From Narcine bancroftii (Eukaryota), in assembly GCF_036971445.1 (NCBI RefSeq), contig NC_091471.1, positions 361,398,001 to 361,462,000 on the forward strand: a stretch of DNA of 64,000 nucleotides, given 5' to 3'. Shown in pieces: positions 14,465 to 28,299 of the stretch; within the stretch, counting starts at the first letter, position 1; the number at the start of each line of letters is the position of its first letter. The translations under genes were made by a program, and so were the position numbers. The notes below the pieces were generated by a model. It was not told where the DNA came from and did no database searches. It saw only the letters and a program-made list of their open reading frames with translations.

Positions 14465-14735
14465 AAAAACACAAAGCTTCAGAAACTCTGCAGGTCAAAC
14501 AGTGTACTTTATATAGCAAAGATATATAACCAACGTTTCGGGCTCAAGTCCTTCATCAGGTATGGGCAATGTTTGGACACCTGTCATCATTTTGCTCAGA
14601 CCTTGATGAAGGGCTCAAGCCTGAAATGTTGGTTATGTATTGTTACTGTATAAAGTCCACTATTTGACCTGCTGGGTTTCTCCAGCATTGTGTTTCTACT
14701 TCAATCACAGTGTCTGCAGACTTCCATGTTTTACC
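14465..14735. mobile_element. Penelope-derived inverted-repeat (hairpin) element
   Basis: ~90-nt imperfect arms (about 14481-14570 vs 14591-14681) containing CAGGTCAAA..AACGTTTCGGGCT..CTTCATCA and its reverse complement. The same terminus follows Penelope endonuclease remnants at 23480 and 32690. Confidence 0.7.
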
Positions 14736-14934
14736 CTGTCAAAATAACTCCTCCCGAGATTAATTTCCATTTTTATCGACAAGAATTTTGGGGTCTGTTG
14801 TTAAATCATCATCCCTTGCTGCAAAGGGAGAGCCACATTCTATGAGATGAGAGATGACAATGCAAGAATAGCAAAACATTTCCAAGTCAGGACTTTGCAC
14901 CAACTGGAGATGAACCTTCTTTGTAGTAAAGCTA

Positions 14935-15170
14935 CGGTTGGCATAGCAGTTTAGCACATCACCTTTACAGCATCAGCGATCAGGACCGGGGTTCGAATCC
15001 CGCACTAGGAAGGAGTTTGTACATTCTCCTCGTATGTGCGTGGGTTTTCCCCAGGTGCTCTGGTTTCCTCCTACCGTTCGGAATATACCAGGGGTGTTGG
15101 TTAATTGGGTGTAAATTGAGCGCCACAGACTCGTGGGCCAAATGCCCTGTTATTGTGCTGTATGTGTAAA
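14935..15170 (+). mobile_element. tRNA-derived SINE (V-SINE-like)
   Basis: GGTTGGCATAGCAGTTTAGC..GGGGTTCGAATCCC..GTGGGTTTTCCCCAGGTGCTCTGGTTTCCTCC. Confidence 0.8.
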
Positions 15171-16074
15171 TTTATAAATGTTTTAAAATTTAATTTAAAA
15201 AAAAATTAAATAGAACAATGTTAAATTATTGCAGAGCATTTTACAGGTGGTGCACACTCCAGCCATAGGGCACAGTGATGCACTGCAGGAATGCTCAAGA
15301 TTGTGAAGACTATCAATGAGATAAATCAGAGACTCGCACAAGAGACTGCAGAAAGCAAAATCTAAAGCAAAAGGGAAATGGACAATTGACGTTACAGGCT
15401 GCAACTGTGTTTCAGGGCTGAAAAATAGAGGGAAGACATGCAGCATTAAAGAGGGGGTGGTATCATCCCTCCTTGTTCGCCATTCACCCAGTGACTCATT
15501 CCCTTCCCTTTAATTTCCCTCTGCTCAGTATTGAGGCGGTGTTTCAGCCTGAAACATCAACTGTCCATTTCCCTCCATGGACACTGCTGGCCTGGTGAGT
15601 TCCTCCAGCAGTATGTATTTTGCTTTGGAATAACATCAGTCACTTGGTGGGAAGTGACGTTGGAACGACAACCCTCCATGCACGGGGAGAGTATTCCACC
15701 ACACTCCTGGCCCGTGCCTTGTAGATTGCTAAGAAGGATTGAAGGAATCAGGGGGTGAGCCTCCCATCATCATGTCAAAGAGCAGCGACAACTCTCTCCT
15801 TGGCCTATTCATGAATCCACAGTGGATATGTGGCTAGTCGAATGAACTTTCCAGTCAGTGATCCCACAATGCCCGATTTCTCTGGTGAAGAATCAACAAG
15901 AGTAATACCAGTGAATGTTGAGGATGCTGGTTGGACTCTTGCTGAATAGGATAGCTGCCCAAGCTCCTGCCACATTTCCAAGCCAATGCATCAAAGCCAG
16001 ATTGCGTCATTTTCAGGCACGGAAAAGTATGCAAAGCATCAGCAGGTATAATCAAATGATAAATAAATGAACAC

Positions 16075-16310
16075 AGTGGATGACACAGTTAGTATAGCAG
16101 TCAGTGCAACTCTATTGCAACGCCGATGATCTGGGATTTAAATCCGGCACTGTCTGTAAGGAGTTTGTGCGTTCTCCCCATGACCCATGTAGGTTCCCCC
16201 CCCCCCCCCCCCACACACAGTGCTCCGGTTTCCTCCAACCCTCCAAAAACGCACACAGTTGTAGGTGAATTGGGTGGCGATGGCTGGAATCGGCTTCCAC
16301 CCTGTTGTAC
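16075..16310 (+). mobile_element. tRNA-derived SINE (V-SINE-like)
   Basis: Same head and core (CTGTAAGGAGTTTGTGCGTTCTCCCC..GTGCTCCGGTTTCCTCC), with an internal poly-C run. Confidence 0.75.
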
Positions 16311-17554
16311 ATTTTTTTTTAAGAAAACCAGCCAAAAGCTATCACTTTCTCAATCACCTGGAATGCGATTCTCTCCGAGAATGTCTTATCACAATGGAAT
16401 GTTGATCATTTTCTTGACTACAAGCTCGTATCTATTATTCAAGATATTAAATATTGTCAATTGCAATTTGCTTTTGGTAATGTGATGCTTTTAATGTAAT
16501 GACATTTATCTTTATTGCAGTAAGTTGTGCTTTCTGTTGCCTTTGGAAAAATACCTCTCGACTTTCATTGAAAGGTTGGTTTGAAAGTGAGGACATTGTC
16601 CAGAATTACATCCAAAAAAAAAAATTAGGACACTCTCAGATTTGGGGCTTTTGTCTTCAGCAATTGGAACAATTCAATACTTCATGTGTGCCCATGCAAT
16701 GCACCGTTCAGGAAATTTAAAGTCCTTCATCAGTTTGATGGCTTTTATTCCTGTTAATTTCAGTTTAAAACCTTTATCACCGGTAATTCTAAATGAAAAC
16801 TGTGCAGGTCCTTTGTGCAGTCAATGTTCTGTCACACAGAAGCACTCTCCAAGTTGTTTAATGAAAAGGATTTGAAACAAGATCTTAAATGTGCTATTCA
16901 CAGCCAACATTCCAATAACAACGAATCACCTCAATTAAGCACAGCTCCATCTTGCACACCAGGGATTAATAAAAGGCGATGCAAGAATCAGGAATCTTTA
17001 AGGGACATCTCTATGCTCTTAAAGAGTTTAAAAGGGAGTGGAATTCAACTGAAGCAGCAAAGATAAAAGAAAAACCTAGTGACCCGTGTTCCCATATGCA
17101 ACCACTTGAAATGAAGAATTGCTACTACTGCCCCTTCTCTACAAGGCAACACTGACATCTGCCACTTTGGAAGGTGTGCCAATGCTGCAGCTCGGAACAC
17201 CATCTGTAACATCTCTGCGTCAAATCCTGCCCTGGCTTAAAAGAGTAATCACCATTCCTTTGTTATTGCTGGATACTGGAACCCCTGCCCGACAGCACTG
17301 AATAAGCAGGGCACTGAATGGAACTATACTAAGTCCAATAGGATTAGTGCAGCAATGGTGAGCAACAAGGCTCACTTCCTTGCTGTACAATTCCATTAAT
17401 GTACACTTAACATTAATTGGAGAGGTTTAAGAAGTCAGTTCACCACCACCTTCAGGCTGGTTTGAGGGGGCTTTGTCAGCAATGCCCATATTTTGCAAGT
17501 GAACAGAGGTCATGTAACGGATTTATAGCTGAAGCATTGAATAATGCTAACATA

Positions 17555-19453
17555 TGGCACCCTCCATAACATTTGGGACAAAGATTTTTTTTTCCTTTAT
17601 TTGCCCATTCTCCACAATTTTAAATTTGTAATCAAATAATTCACATGTGCACGTTCCAAATTTTATTCAAGGTTATTGGCATACATTTTGGTTTGACTGT
17701 GTAGAAAGTACAGCATTTTATTTTACACATAGCTCCCTAACTTCAGGGCACTATAATGTTTAGGATATTTGGCTTCACAGGTGTTTGTGAGGACTCAGGT
17801 ATGTTTAATTGCTTCACTGGTGCAGGTACAAGAGAGCTGGGCCTGCTTCTAAGCTTTTGATCACCTTTAGAGTTTGTAGTTGCCAATTGACCCTTCCACT
17901 ACTTTCATTAACACATAGAGAAAAAATATTGATGCCCAACTAACTGTAACCAGTAAGCAAACTCGATAACAGAATTTTTTTAACCTTCTACAACATTATT
18001 GATTCAAGAATATATTGAAAAAAAATGAAAGAAAAGTTAAAAATATGATGATATATAATCCAAGCCCTAAACCATTCCAAATTTGAATGGAAATAAAAAA
18101 GTGCACAAGTCATAATAATAAGAAACGCATATCCACCAGAATCACAAGTTACTCAATTATCATTTCCATTAGTGGTTACAAAAGTCATTCAAAAAGGAGC
18201 CGCAAAGATGAGAAATTTTTAAATTTAAAACACTTGTTGAACATTTTACTTTCTCCAAAGTTAATTATGATGTCAAAGTTAATGATGAGTGGGTAGGACA
18301 GCATCTTTCCATCTGATCAAAATTGCTCGTCTTGCAATAAGAGAACAAAAGACCAATACATGATGTTGAGATGAAGACAATTTCACAACCTTCTACTCAA
18401 CCATCCCAAACAAGGCTATTAACAGATCTGGAGTTAAGTTTGCCAGTTTTTAAAACATGAGGACCAAATAAGCCATTAAGAGGCAGAAAAACAAGAATAA
18501 AACAGTTAGAAACAATATCCAAACCTTAGGATTACCAAAGTCAACTGTTTGGAACATTATTAAGAAGAAAAAGCATATTGATGAGCTCAGTAATCACAAA
18601 GGGACTGGAATTTCAAGGAAAATATCCACCGCTGAAGACAGAAATATTCTCATTATAATGAAGGAAAATCCCCAAAAGCCTGTCTTGACAGATGAGATAC
18701 ACTCTTCAGGACACAGGTGCAGATGTGCGCAGAAGACCATGAACAGAAATACAGAAGCTACACTACAACATGCAAACCACTGAGTTATCCCCAGAAACTG
18801 GATGGCTAGATTACAATTTGCCAAGATTTAAATGAGCCTGCAGAATTCTAGAAAATGGTCTTGGGACAGATGAAACCAAGATTAACCGGTATCAGGGTGA
18901 TCGCAAGAGCAAAGTGTGGAAGGTGCCCAAGATCCAAAGCATTCCACCTCATCTGTGCAACATGGTGGTGGGGGTGCTGTGCCCTGGATGCTGCCACAGG
19001 TACCTGGGCACGTATCTTTATTGATAAATAAATGCTAAAGGCAGTAGCAAAATTAATTCTGAAGTGTTTAGAAACATCTTAGCTGCTCAAGTCCAAGCAA
19101 GTGCATCCCAACTCATTGGACGGCGCTTCATCCTACAGCAAGACAGTGATCCCAAACAAACAGCTAAAGCAACAAAAGAGTTTTTTGAAGCTGACACTGG
19201 ACAATTCTTGAATGGCCAAGTCAGTTACCTCATCTAAATCCAATTGTGCATGGCCTTCCATATGCTGAAAAGAAAACTTTTGAGGGAACAACCCCCTGAA
19301 ACAAGCAGTAAACAGACTGGCTGCAGTAAAGGCCTGGCAGACCATCACCAGAGATGATACTCAGCACTTGGTGATGTCTGTGAATCACAGACTTCAAGCA
19401 GTCATTGCATGGAAGGGATTCTGTATATAAAAATGTTTTTGTCCCAAACACTG
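17555..19453 (+). mobile_element. Degenerate Tc1/mariner transposon, with an unrelated (L1-like) insert at about 17890-18450
   Basis: TIR remnants CCCTCCATAACATTTGGGACAAA and TTTGTCCCAAACACTG+TA. Disrupted transposase motifs TLGLPKSTVWNIIKK, TDETKIN, HGGG, RRFILQQDSDPKQTAKATKEFF, EWPSQ, RLQAVIA. Confidence 0.85.
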
Positions 19454-20644
19454 TACATCCTTACTTAAAATTATGCAGTTTTAAGGTTCTGGTATTAAGA
19501 ATAATCAACATTCAACTCTGAGCGTATGGCACAACAAAATACAATTGGCACATTAAATCATCTTTCATACCAAAAGAAACTACCAAGTTGTTATGCACAT
19601 CAAGAAACTTGAGTATTATTAATCAATCATCTCTAACCAACTAATTACTATGTTGGAGATATACTCATTGTCATTGGGCAGTGAGTTTAATATGTAGGTC
19701 TGGCCCAAAAAAAATGGTGCATCAAACCTGAAACCAGGCACTTGTGCAACATTGCAACAATCTTTGGTGTCAGTTTAATTCACCCACAGCCACTTTAACT
19801 CTGCTCAGAAGGGTGATGGAGAAGTAAATTGTTTGCAATCAAACGCAGGATCAGAGGGAAGTTCCAGAGACAAGATGGGAAGAGTGAAAAGCACTGGGTG
19901 CAGATGCCTGGGGTGGGGGGAGAAGAGAAGGCACAAATTCAGGCAGAATTTCTAAGGCAGTAAATGAATGAAGAAATATGGAAGAATTTGAAAGTGAAGA
20001 CATTAACTTTAATGTATTTGAGTGAAGTAAAAGTGAAAAATACAGGCAACCTGAATCTAGGGTTCTAAAAGAAATATGAAAACTACAGCTGAACTTACGG
20101 TTTGAACACTTGAGCAACACCATATTCAAGAAATAAACCACTGATTACAACAAAAGGATGACAGAGAAGCAAAAGCCCAATGCTGGAGAAACCTAGCAGG
20201 TGCATTTTCTATAGTGAAGATAAGCAACCAACGATTCGGGCTTGCGCCATTCATCAAGGAGTGGACTAAATAGAGGTGGCGCCTTAGTAGGGTTGGGTCA
20301 GCTGGAATTAATTTCTAACATACAGTTCAAAATTGTAGAGGGAGAGCGAATTATTCTCTTTACTGGATTTAAATTGGCTGTTTTCTATGCTGTTCAATGC
20401 CTAAAATCCTGCAGGGTCCAGTTCTACAATCCATGAACATTTATTTCAGTACCTGTGCAAGGAGCCACACCATATTTTCAAAAATATTTATAAAATTTGT
20501 GAATGTACAACTCAGTACATTCATGTCATTCACTGTGCAATTTGTATCGTTCCATCGGCATAACTGTTCTTACTTTAAAAACATTCATTCCATAACCGAT
20601 TGAGTTTCCGTATGGGTTCAAGTTCCTCAATGTTCAAACTTCAA

Positions 20645-21050
20645 TGCACATAATATGGTAAAGTTATACAAGACATTGATGGGGCAAAATTTGGAGCATT
20701 GTGTGCCATTTTGGTGACCTAACTGCAAGAAAGATATCAATAAAATTCAAAGAGCACAGAGGAGATTTACTAGGATGTTGCCAGGAGTTGAAAAATTGAG
20801 TTACAGGGAAAGGTTAAACAAGTTAGAAATTTATTCCCTGGAGCGTAGAAGAATGAGGGGAGATTTGATAGAGTTAGATAAAATTTTATAGACAGAATAA
20901 ATGCAATGATAAATGAATTTCACATAGAGTGATGGGAGTATGGAACTTACTGCCAGTTGAAGTGGTGAATACAGGCTCAATTTTGACCTTTCATAAAAAT
21001 TTGGATGTTATGTATGGGAGGGACATGGAATCAGTGCAGGTCAGTGAGAA
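20645..21050 (+). mobile_element. CR1-type LINE 3' fragment
   Basis: KLYKTL..LEHCV.FW, QRRFTRMLPG..LSYRERL..LE..SLERRRMRGDLIE. Confidence 0.8.
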
Positions 21051-23479
21051 TGGGTAGCAAGCGACCACACGGAAGTTGCAGAAAAGAAAAAAATGTTTTT
21101 TACTTTGTATTTTATTTAATGTTCTGTTAATAAACTATCAAAATTTACCTGTTTATTCTACTGAAATATGATTTTTTTTTTTAAGTACTGCACGAGAATC
21201 CAGAAAATCCAACAATCTGCACTGAGCAGTCCAGATTTTAGGACTTTTTTCGTACGCCACGTCTACCCCCATACCTTCATCAGTTTCTTTTGTTACTTCC
21301 CCAAAAATGCTCCATTAGACTCATGAGATACAACCTGCCCTTCACAAAGCCATGCTCACTATTTCTGAGTAGACTCTGCTTCTGCAAATGCTCAAATTCT
21401 GTCCCTCAGAATCCTCTCCAATAGTATCTGATGTATCTGCTTCTATAATTCTTAGGATTCTCCCCATTACCTTTTTATCAGTAAAGGAACTACATTTGCC
21501 ATTCTCCAAAGCTCCGGTACATCCCCTGTCACCAGGGAGGATGCAAGTCATTGTCAGTAATCACTTACCTAGTGTATGCTTCCTTATTCCTAACTCATTG
21601 CCTCATCTCCTTTGCACACCATGGTTCCCTTATCTTACCATCTTTTTCCTGCCCCAGAGGGACACACTTGTCACCAGAATAAGAATCTCAAAATTCAAGC
21701 TGATTTGTGAAAAGAATCCCACAAGTTCAGAGATTAAAAAGTTGTTCAAGGAATAAGTGGGATTAATCATTTTCTGCTGTGTTTGTCTGCAGTGGTCTAT
21801 GCTTATTAAAAGAGTTGTTACAGCACCAAGGAACCCTATATGCTCTCCCTTGAGATCCTGCGAGACAAATGAAGAGCACATATGTGATATTTCAAAAGAC
21901 CCAACACAGCCTTCATCCTGATGACCGCCTTTGTGTGTGGCTGCATCAGGCTGTGTGAGAAACTGAAGTACAAAGGCACCAAGTGCCACGATGTGCTGAA
22001 GTTCTACCTGCCCCAGGTGTTGAGAGGGTGGGCCTGCCCCCTTTGCCATGCAATATCCCAGTCAGCTGCACTTTGCCTCACCACCTATCCTTCATGGAAA
22101 AGTTTTTCCAGACAAACACCTTTGACTACAACTCCATCAGGCAGTGATCAGAACAGAATGTCCAGCAGACAGCCTCCCTTTTTCCACTGGCATCCCAGTT
22201 AATTAACCATGCTGGTGCGGGAATGCTGTCAACTGATGCATTCCAGGGTGCAGGAGTAAAGGGCGCACTGAGGCTTGGCACAGCCAATGCAAGGCCTCTG
22301 TGGGAAAGGACCACAACCTAGATTCCTTCGTTACTGGGCAATGAGAGGCTGGGGTGGTTGTGGGGGGGGGGGGGGGGGGGTGGTGGAAAGAGTAACGACA
22401 AGGCATCACAGCGGTGGCAACAATGTAAATAGAATGAAATGTAACAAATTACAGTGTATGATGTATATGTATACAAAATTAAGGGTGGGAAGAGACTGAC
22501 ACTTTTGTAAAGGTCTGGCAGCTATACCTGGACCACATTGGGGCCCAGATACCATAATAAAAAGGAAAAAGGGTATAAAACTAACTATTATATATTCAAA
22601 AATGTACTTTCCCCAACTGTACACTATACACTTAAAATGTACCCAAGCTCTGATGGCGAATAGATCTTTATGTATAGAAGGGGAGGAGGAAGGGGCTTTA
22701 GTTTTTGTTTTGTTTGTGATAAAAAAGTTTAATATTTTGTATATTTAAAATGTTAACTATGTATATTTTTGAATAAAAGTAAAATATTCAAAAAAGGGCA
22801 AGAAGAGACTTTGAATAGTTTTCCTTCTGCTAATTTTTTTAAAAATCATGAATAAAGTCTATTTTTAGTTTTTAAAAAAAACTCAGAACTAATGGACACA
22901 AACACTCCAGCCCCTTGGTGTCCCATTTTCCTGGCCCCAGTTCTTCTTTTATTTATGGGACTGGTTTACTTTCCAATATTAAAAGGTGAACTCTACTTGC
23001 ACGACCCACTCACCTTCTCGTGCAAGATCTTTAAAATCAGATCTAATGTTAAAAATTACAAGCTTAAACTATGTTATTTGCCTCAAAGTTTAAACTTCAG
23101 CCATCTGATCTGAATGGACTTCAAGCATGTAGCTCTACTAGGAGTTCCTAATCCACTCTCTGGACAAGTTTTGCTGAGTCAACAGGAAAGCATCATTCAT
23201 TCAGGGAAAAAGAAGTTAAGACTTTTCGCAGAAATACAAGTCCACGCAGCTTCCTGAATAATCCTCAAGACATCAAATCAGATGAGATTGTTTCATGCTC
23301 CAAGTCTCCTATGTTTCTGCAATAAAGAGCGTGGCAGAAGGATTAATCAGTTGGTTCTAGCAAAGAGATGAGTCGCTTTCTTCTTTTGATTCCTCTCTCA
23401 GACTTGCTGATTACCTCACCTAACTGCCTAAAAACAAAGTGTGCATCACTCTAGCAGCTTGGAAAGAAAAACAAAGAGA

Positions 23480-24037
23480 TCATCTGTCTCCATCAGCATG
23501 TCTATCCATGGTCTTGGGCAGTGCCAGGCTGAGACCAGTCGCAAATTGGAGGAACTGCCACGGTAATCTCAGATGTAGGAGGAGGAGTGAGAATGTCAAG
23601 ATTACTCGTGTGGCAGTGAGCCAATGAGGTTAGTGTCATTGCAGAACAACATTTCATCTCCTTACTGGGCACCCTCCATCCAAATGGCTTTAATATCAAT
23701 TTCTCTGGCTTTTGTTTAAACCCCTCCCTCCACCCACCAGCTCAGTCTCTCTCCTTTATCCCCCTGTCTCCTTTCACACAGACATGATAAATTCTCACCC
23801 TGTCCCTTATCATATCCAATGAACTCCCTTTTGTTGGTCTGGATTCCTCCCCCAGTCGGCATTGTTTGAATTCTGAGACTTTCTTCCTACTTCTGGCTCA
23901 TTCTTCTTATTCCTTGAAGAAGGCCTCAGCAATATATTTTGGCTTCTTTTGGATGCTGAAAAGACCTGCCGAGTTCCTCCAGCATTTCTATGTTTTTACT
24001 ACAATCACACTGCCTGCAAACTTCCGTGTTTCACTCC
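23480..24037 (+). mobile_element. Penelope-like element 3' remnant
   Basis: MSIHGL..RKLEE / EQHFISLLGTLHPNGFNINFS resembles the GIY-YIG C-terminal region; followed by the ..CCTTGAAGAAGG..GAGTTCCTCCAGCATT terminus. Confidence 0.65.
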
Positions 24038-24840
24038 ATTAATATTGAATTTTTCACAAGATGTAGACGCTGTCAGTTAGATTTACATTTTTATTATTCA
24101 CAATAATTGTCCTTGACCAAATGGTTGAAAAAAAAATTAAGAGCCGGGGAGCCAGTCACAAATTTAAGACTCAATTCTCTGCAAGTCAGACTAAGTATAC
24201 AGTTGGCCTCCTTCCCCAAGGGGACGGAGTGAACTACATGGTGTTTTACAATATTTGACCCACCTTGCACATATTCCAAAAAATGTCCCACACCATATTT
24301 ACAGTTCCTGCAGTTTGGGGCTTTGTCTCCTTAAGCTATTCCAGGATTGGTTTCATTGCTAAAGACAAAATTGAAGCCCCCAAGATAGTCAGAAAACCAC
24401 TTTACGGTTATTCTCCTCAGAAAATTCTGCATAAATTCTGTGTTTAATGGAAGTGGTTATAATAAAACTGTGATTTAGTCAATGCAAAAATTGTTCCGCA
24501 AACCACGGTAGCAAAACTCTAAGCAATCTGTTTAGATTTACTTACTGTTTTGCAGTATTTCATTTTTCGGAATAAATCTTTTTTAGCCAATTTGAATTGT
24601 ACTGTTCACATTGACAACAATTATTGCCAACTTTACTGCATCAAGGTACATTGAATGAGCAGAAAAAAAAAAACAAACTCCCTGAATAGACTGAAGGATC
24701 AATGTTGTTCAATTTGAAAAGTGAGACGGGTGGGGGGGGGGGGGGGGGGTAGGAGACAGGTGGGGTGCACAGGGAAAAGAGGAGGTACTGTAGCCAAGCA
24801 GGATTTAGGTGCCAAAGTCAAGGGGGAAAAAAAATCATAA

Positions 24841-25109
24841 GCCAATTCATCTACGTCAACCATCTTGCCTCCTTCTTGACATGAGAGAATAATTCAATAC
24901 AACAAACAGGCACTTCAGCCCAATTCATCTACGTCAACCATCTTGCCTCCTTCTTGACATCAGAGAATAATTTAATAGAACAAACAGGCCTTTCAGCCCA
25001 ATTCATCTACGTCAACCATCTTGCCTCCTTCTTGACATCAGAGAATAATTCAATAAAACAAACAGGCCCTTCAGCCCAATTCATCTACGTCAACCACATT
25101 GCCTCCTTC
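24841..25109. repeat. 78-bp tandem repeat, about 3.4 copies
   Basis: CCAATTCATCTACGTCAACC recurs at 24842, 24920, 24998 and 25076. Confidence 0.95.
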
Positions 25110-28100
25110 AGTTAGTCCCATTTGTCTGTATTTGACTCACATCTCCTTAACCCTTTCCTATAACTGCCTTTTAAATGTTTCAGCTTATTCCATGTTTGCA
25201 AAATTTGTACCTCACGTCCCTTAAATCTTTCCACTCTCAATTTTAATCTAGTCCCTCAAGTTTTATCTACCCTACCTTGCTGAAAAAAAAATTACCTTAT
25301 CCATGCCCCTCAACTCCAAAGTCTGGAAAGGTACAACCCTATCACACTACCCTCGTCAATCTTCTTGGTCAACTACAAAAAAAAACAAAAACCATGTTGA
25401 CAACCCCAGCCAAACCACACCTTTCCAAATGCTGTTGGATCCTGTCTGTCAGAATTCTCTCCATTAACTTCTCTCTGCCCCCCCCACCCCCCCCCCCCCC
25501 TTGATATTTGGCTCAGCTCACCAGCCTGGAATCTCCTGGCTTGACCTTGCAGGCCTTCTTAATTCAAAGCATACAAGTAGCTACCTTCCAGTCTCCTGGT
25601 ATCTCACCCATGATGAACAATGATACAAATGGCATGGTTAGCTTAGCCATTACTGCGCCAGCATCTGTTCAAATCCAGCAGGATCTGTAAAGTGTTTGCA
25701 TATTTTCCCCATGTCTGCACAAGTTTCCCAACCCCCCCCCCCCCCCCCCCCCATCCAAGGGACTCCAGCTTCCTTTCACCCTCCAAAAAGCAAATGTACA
25801 GGGTCGTAGGTTAATCGGATGCAATTGAGTGACACTGGTTTAAAATGACTGGAATCGGCTTCTACCGTGAAATGGCAAAAGTTTCAGGGAGTTGAATGGG
25901 AATAGAGAATAAAACGAGATTCATGTAAAATAATTGCAAATGGGCGCTGGCTGGTCCAAGCAGATAAAGTGGGTTGAAAACCCTTTTCCATGCTTTTGGA
26001 GTCTTCTCCCATCCACACCTCCCAGTGTATGAAATAAAGCAGGCACTCGCACACACTGCTGCTCAAAGTAACAAGCACCAGCTACCAAGAGCAGAATAGA
26101 GGAGTTAGTGGCCTGGCAACAATAATTTATCAAGCACTTTTACTGCAACAAATGTCTCGTCACCAAAATAAACTGATGGCAGGGATGCAAAGATAAATTA
26201 AAGCAAATTACCTTTGGCTAAAGTGGTAGATTTCGAGGAAAGAGAACAAGATTGAAAGAGTAAAGGACCTTGGCAATTAAAGACAAGACTGTGAATGGAA
26301 TTGTTGACAAGCAATATAGGAACAGCACTGGTGTCCAAGTGGAGAATGATCTCTGCTATAAAGATTTTCAACAGGGATAAGATTTATGATGCCATTACAT
26401 CAATAATACTGCTCTTCAACAGTTTCCTCACAAGTTGATTTCATTTGGTTAGAAAAGTGTCACTGTTTTTAACATTTATCTCCATTCAGCTCTTTTCAAT
26501 TCCACACATGAAAGGATCCAATAAAATATGTTTAATCTCTCTCAAGTTAGAATATTTGCAAAGTCCAAGTTCAGCATCAGATGCATTGATGCTTAACAAA
26601 AGACCATTTGGCATGTTACAAGATCAAACCAAGCAACCACAAAGGAGGCACATCACACAGGGGTAAAGATGAACAATTACAAATCCCCCCCCCCCTTTAT
26701 AACAATGCCCATTGGTTACTAGGCAAATTTCTATAACAGTGTAAAACTAATAAATTCCCCAGCCTCAATATAACATATGTAATTAGAGTTATATTCCCAA
26801 CCAGCCCACAGAAAAACTTAGACACAAAGCAAACACAAAACTCACTCTGTATGGATTTAATATCAAAATGAACAATCAAATAAAATCACCATTTTTTTTT
26901 TAAATCACTTTTGTAACCACCAATAAATTTTAAAATGTCTGCAATGCTTTCATTTCCTTATTGATTTCTCAGGCTTTAAAAGCTCAATGGATGAGCACCG
27001 AAGAGTGCCAAACGACCTTGGATTTTAACGATGGCAGTTACAAGGCCTTTCGTCCTTCACAAGTAGATAAATTATGTTGCTGCGATGAACGGAGTTCAAA
27101 CTTTTAACATGGAGGATGGGATTTTGTTTTATGTTAAGGGTAGGGGAGGGTTGGTGGGAACACAGAAGAGAAGCTGCATCCCCTTGCAGTTGTCAGGAAT
27201 TATTGCATCACCAAGCCACTACCTTTTATATATATTTGTGTTTTGGACCAATCCTCTGGGTCAAATTTGGAGGGGGGGTCAACTTTTACATGGGTCATTT
27301 TGACCGCAGCAAGTACCTGCATCATTCAAGGTATCGGGACTTCGATGGCCGGGAATGGGTGGCAAGTCAGTGTTCAGGGCATCGGGAACTCGGATTGGTG
27401 GGCGGCCAGGGCCTACAAGAGGCTCTGGGCATCGGGAGCTCAGATGGCCAGGGCCTAGGGGAGCATGTGGCCAAGGTGTCAGGTGCTCAGATGGGCAGGC
27501 GGCCTGGGCCTGGGAGAGTGTCTGTGGGCAGGGTGACAGGAGCTCGAATGGGCGGGCAGTCAGGGACGGTTGAATATTAGGGTTTATTAGTACTCACCTC
27601 CATCCAGTTTCAAAATAAAATCACAGCTATTTATTTACTTGCTTATGTGTGCACATGAATTCCACTTGTTAACTCAGGAAGAACAAGCATCATCATTTCT
27701 GCACTTGTTCAACCAATAATCTCAGCAATAAGAAAGAAAGTCTCTTCAGATTTTTCCACGACACTCTTTTCATATCATCCATACAGACACAGCCCAATTA
27801 CTCCAAAACATAAACACATTGTGGTTAATAAAATCAAAAGGTTAACGAGGATGGAAATATTGGTGTGATTGATGTTGCTGGCAGAGCTTGAACTGGGATT
27901 CGTTGCTCTGTGTAAACAAACCATGGTACTAAGAATAAACCACATTTTGTTGGTGTCTCAGGACTATAAATTTATCAATCCATGAAACATTACCTGGTCA
28001 GGATTACAGAACTGGAACACAAACTGGAGATCTGGACATTATAATCCAGTCAAAGATTTATTTGATTTCATTCAAACTCGTATTGAATGCAAGATTTGCT

Positions 28101-28299
28101 AATACTGTCTGGTTGCAAAAGGTAAAAAAACTTGCATACATTTAGAGCACTTTACACCATCTCAGGGCAGCAGCTCAAAAAACACCTTTTTAAAATTGAG
28201 TTACAATGTATGAACCATTCACTCGGATGGAAAATTAACATATCATACAGCAAGATCACAGATTAGCTAAATGAAGTTACTTTTGGCAGTACAATCGTG

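Noticed and set aside
24841-25109. CRISPR-like array
   Set aside because: Whole 78-bp units repeat with no unique spacers, in a eukaryotic context with no cas genes.
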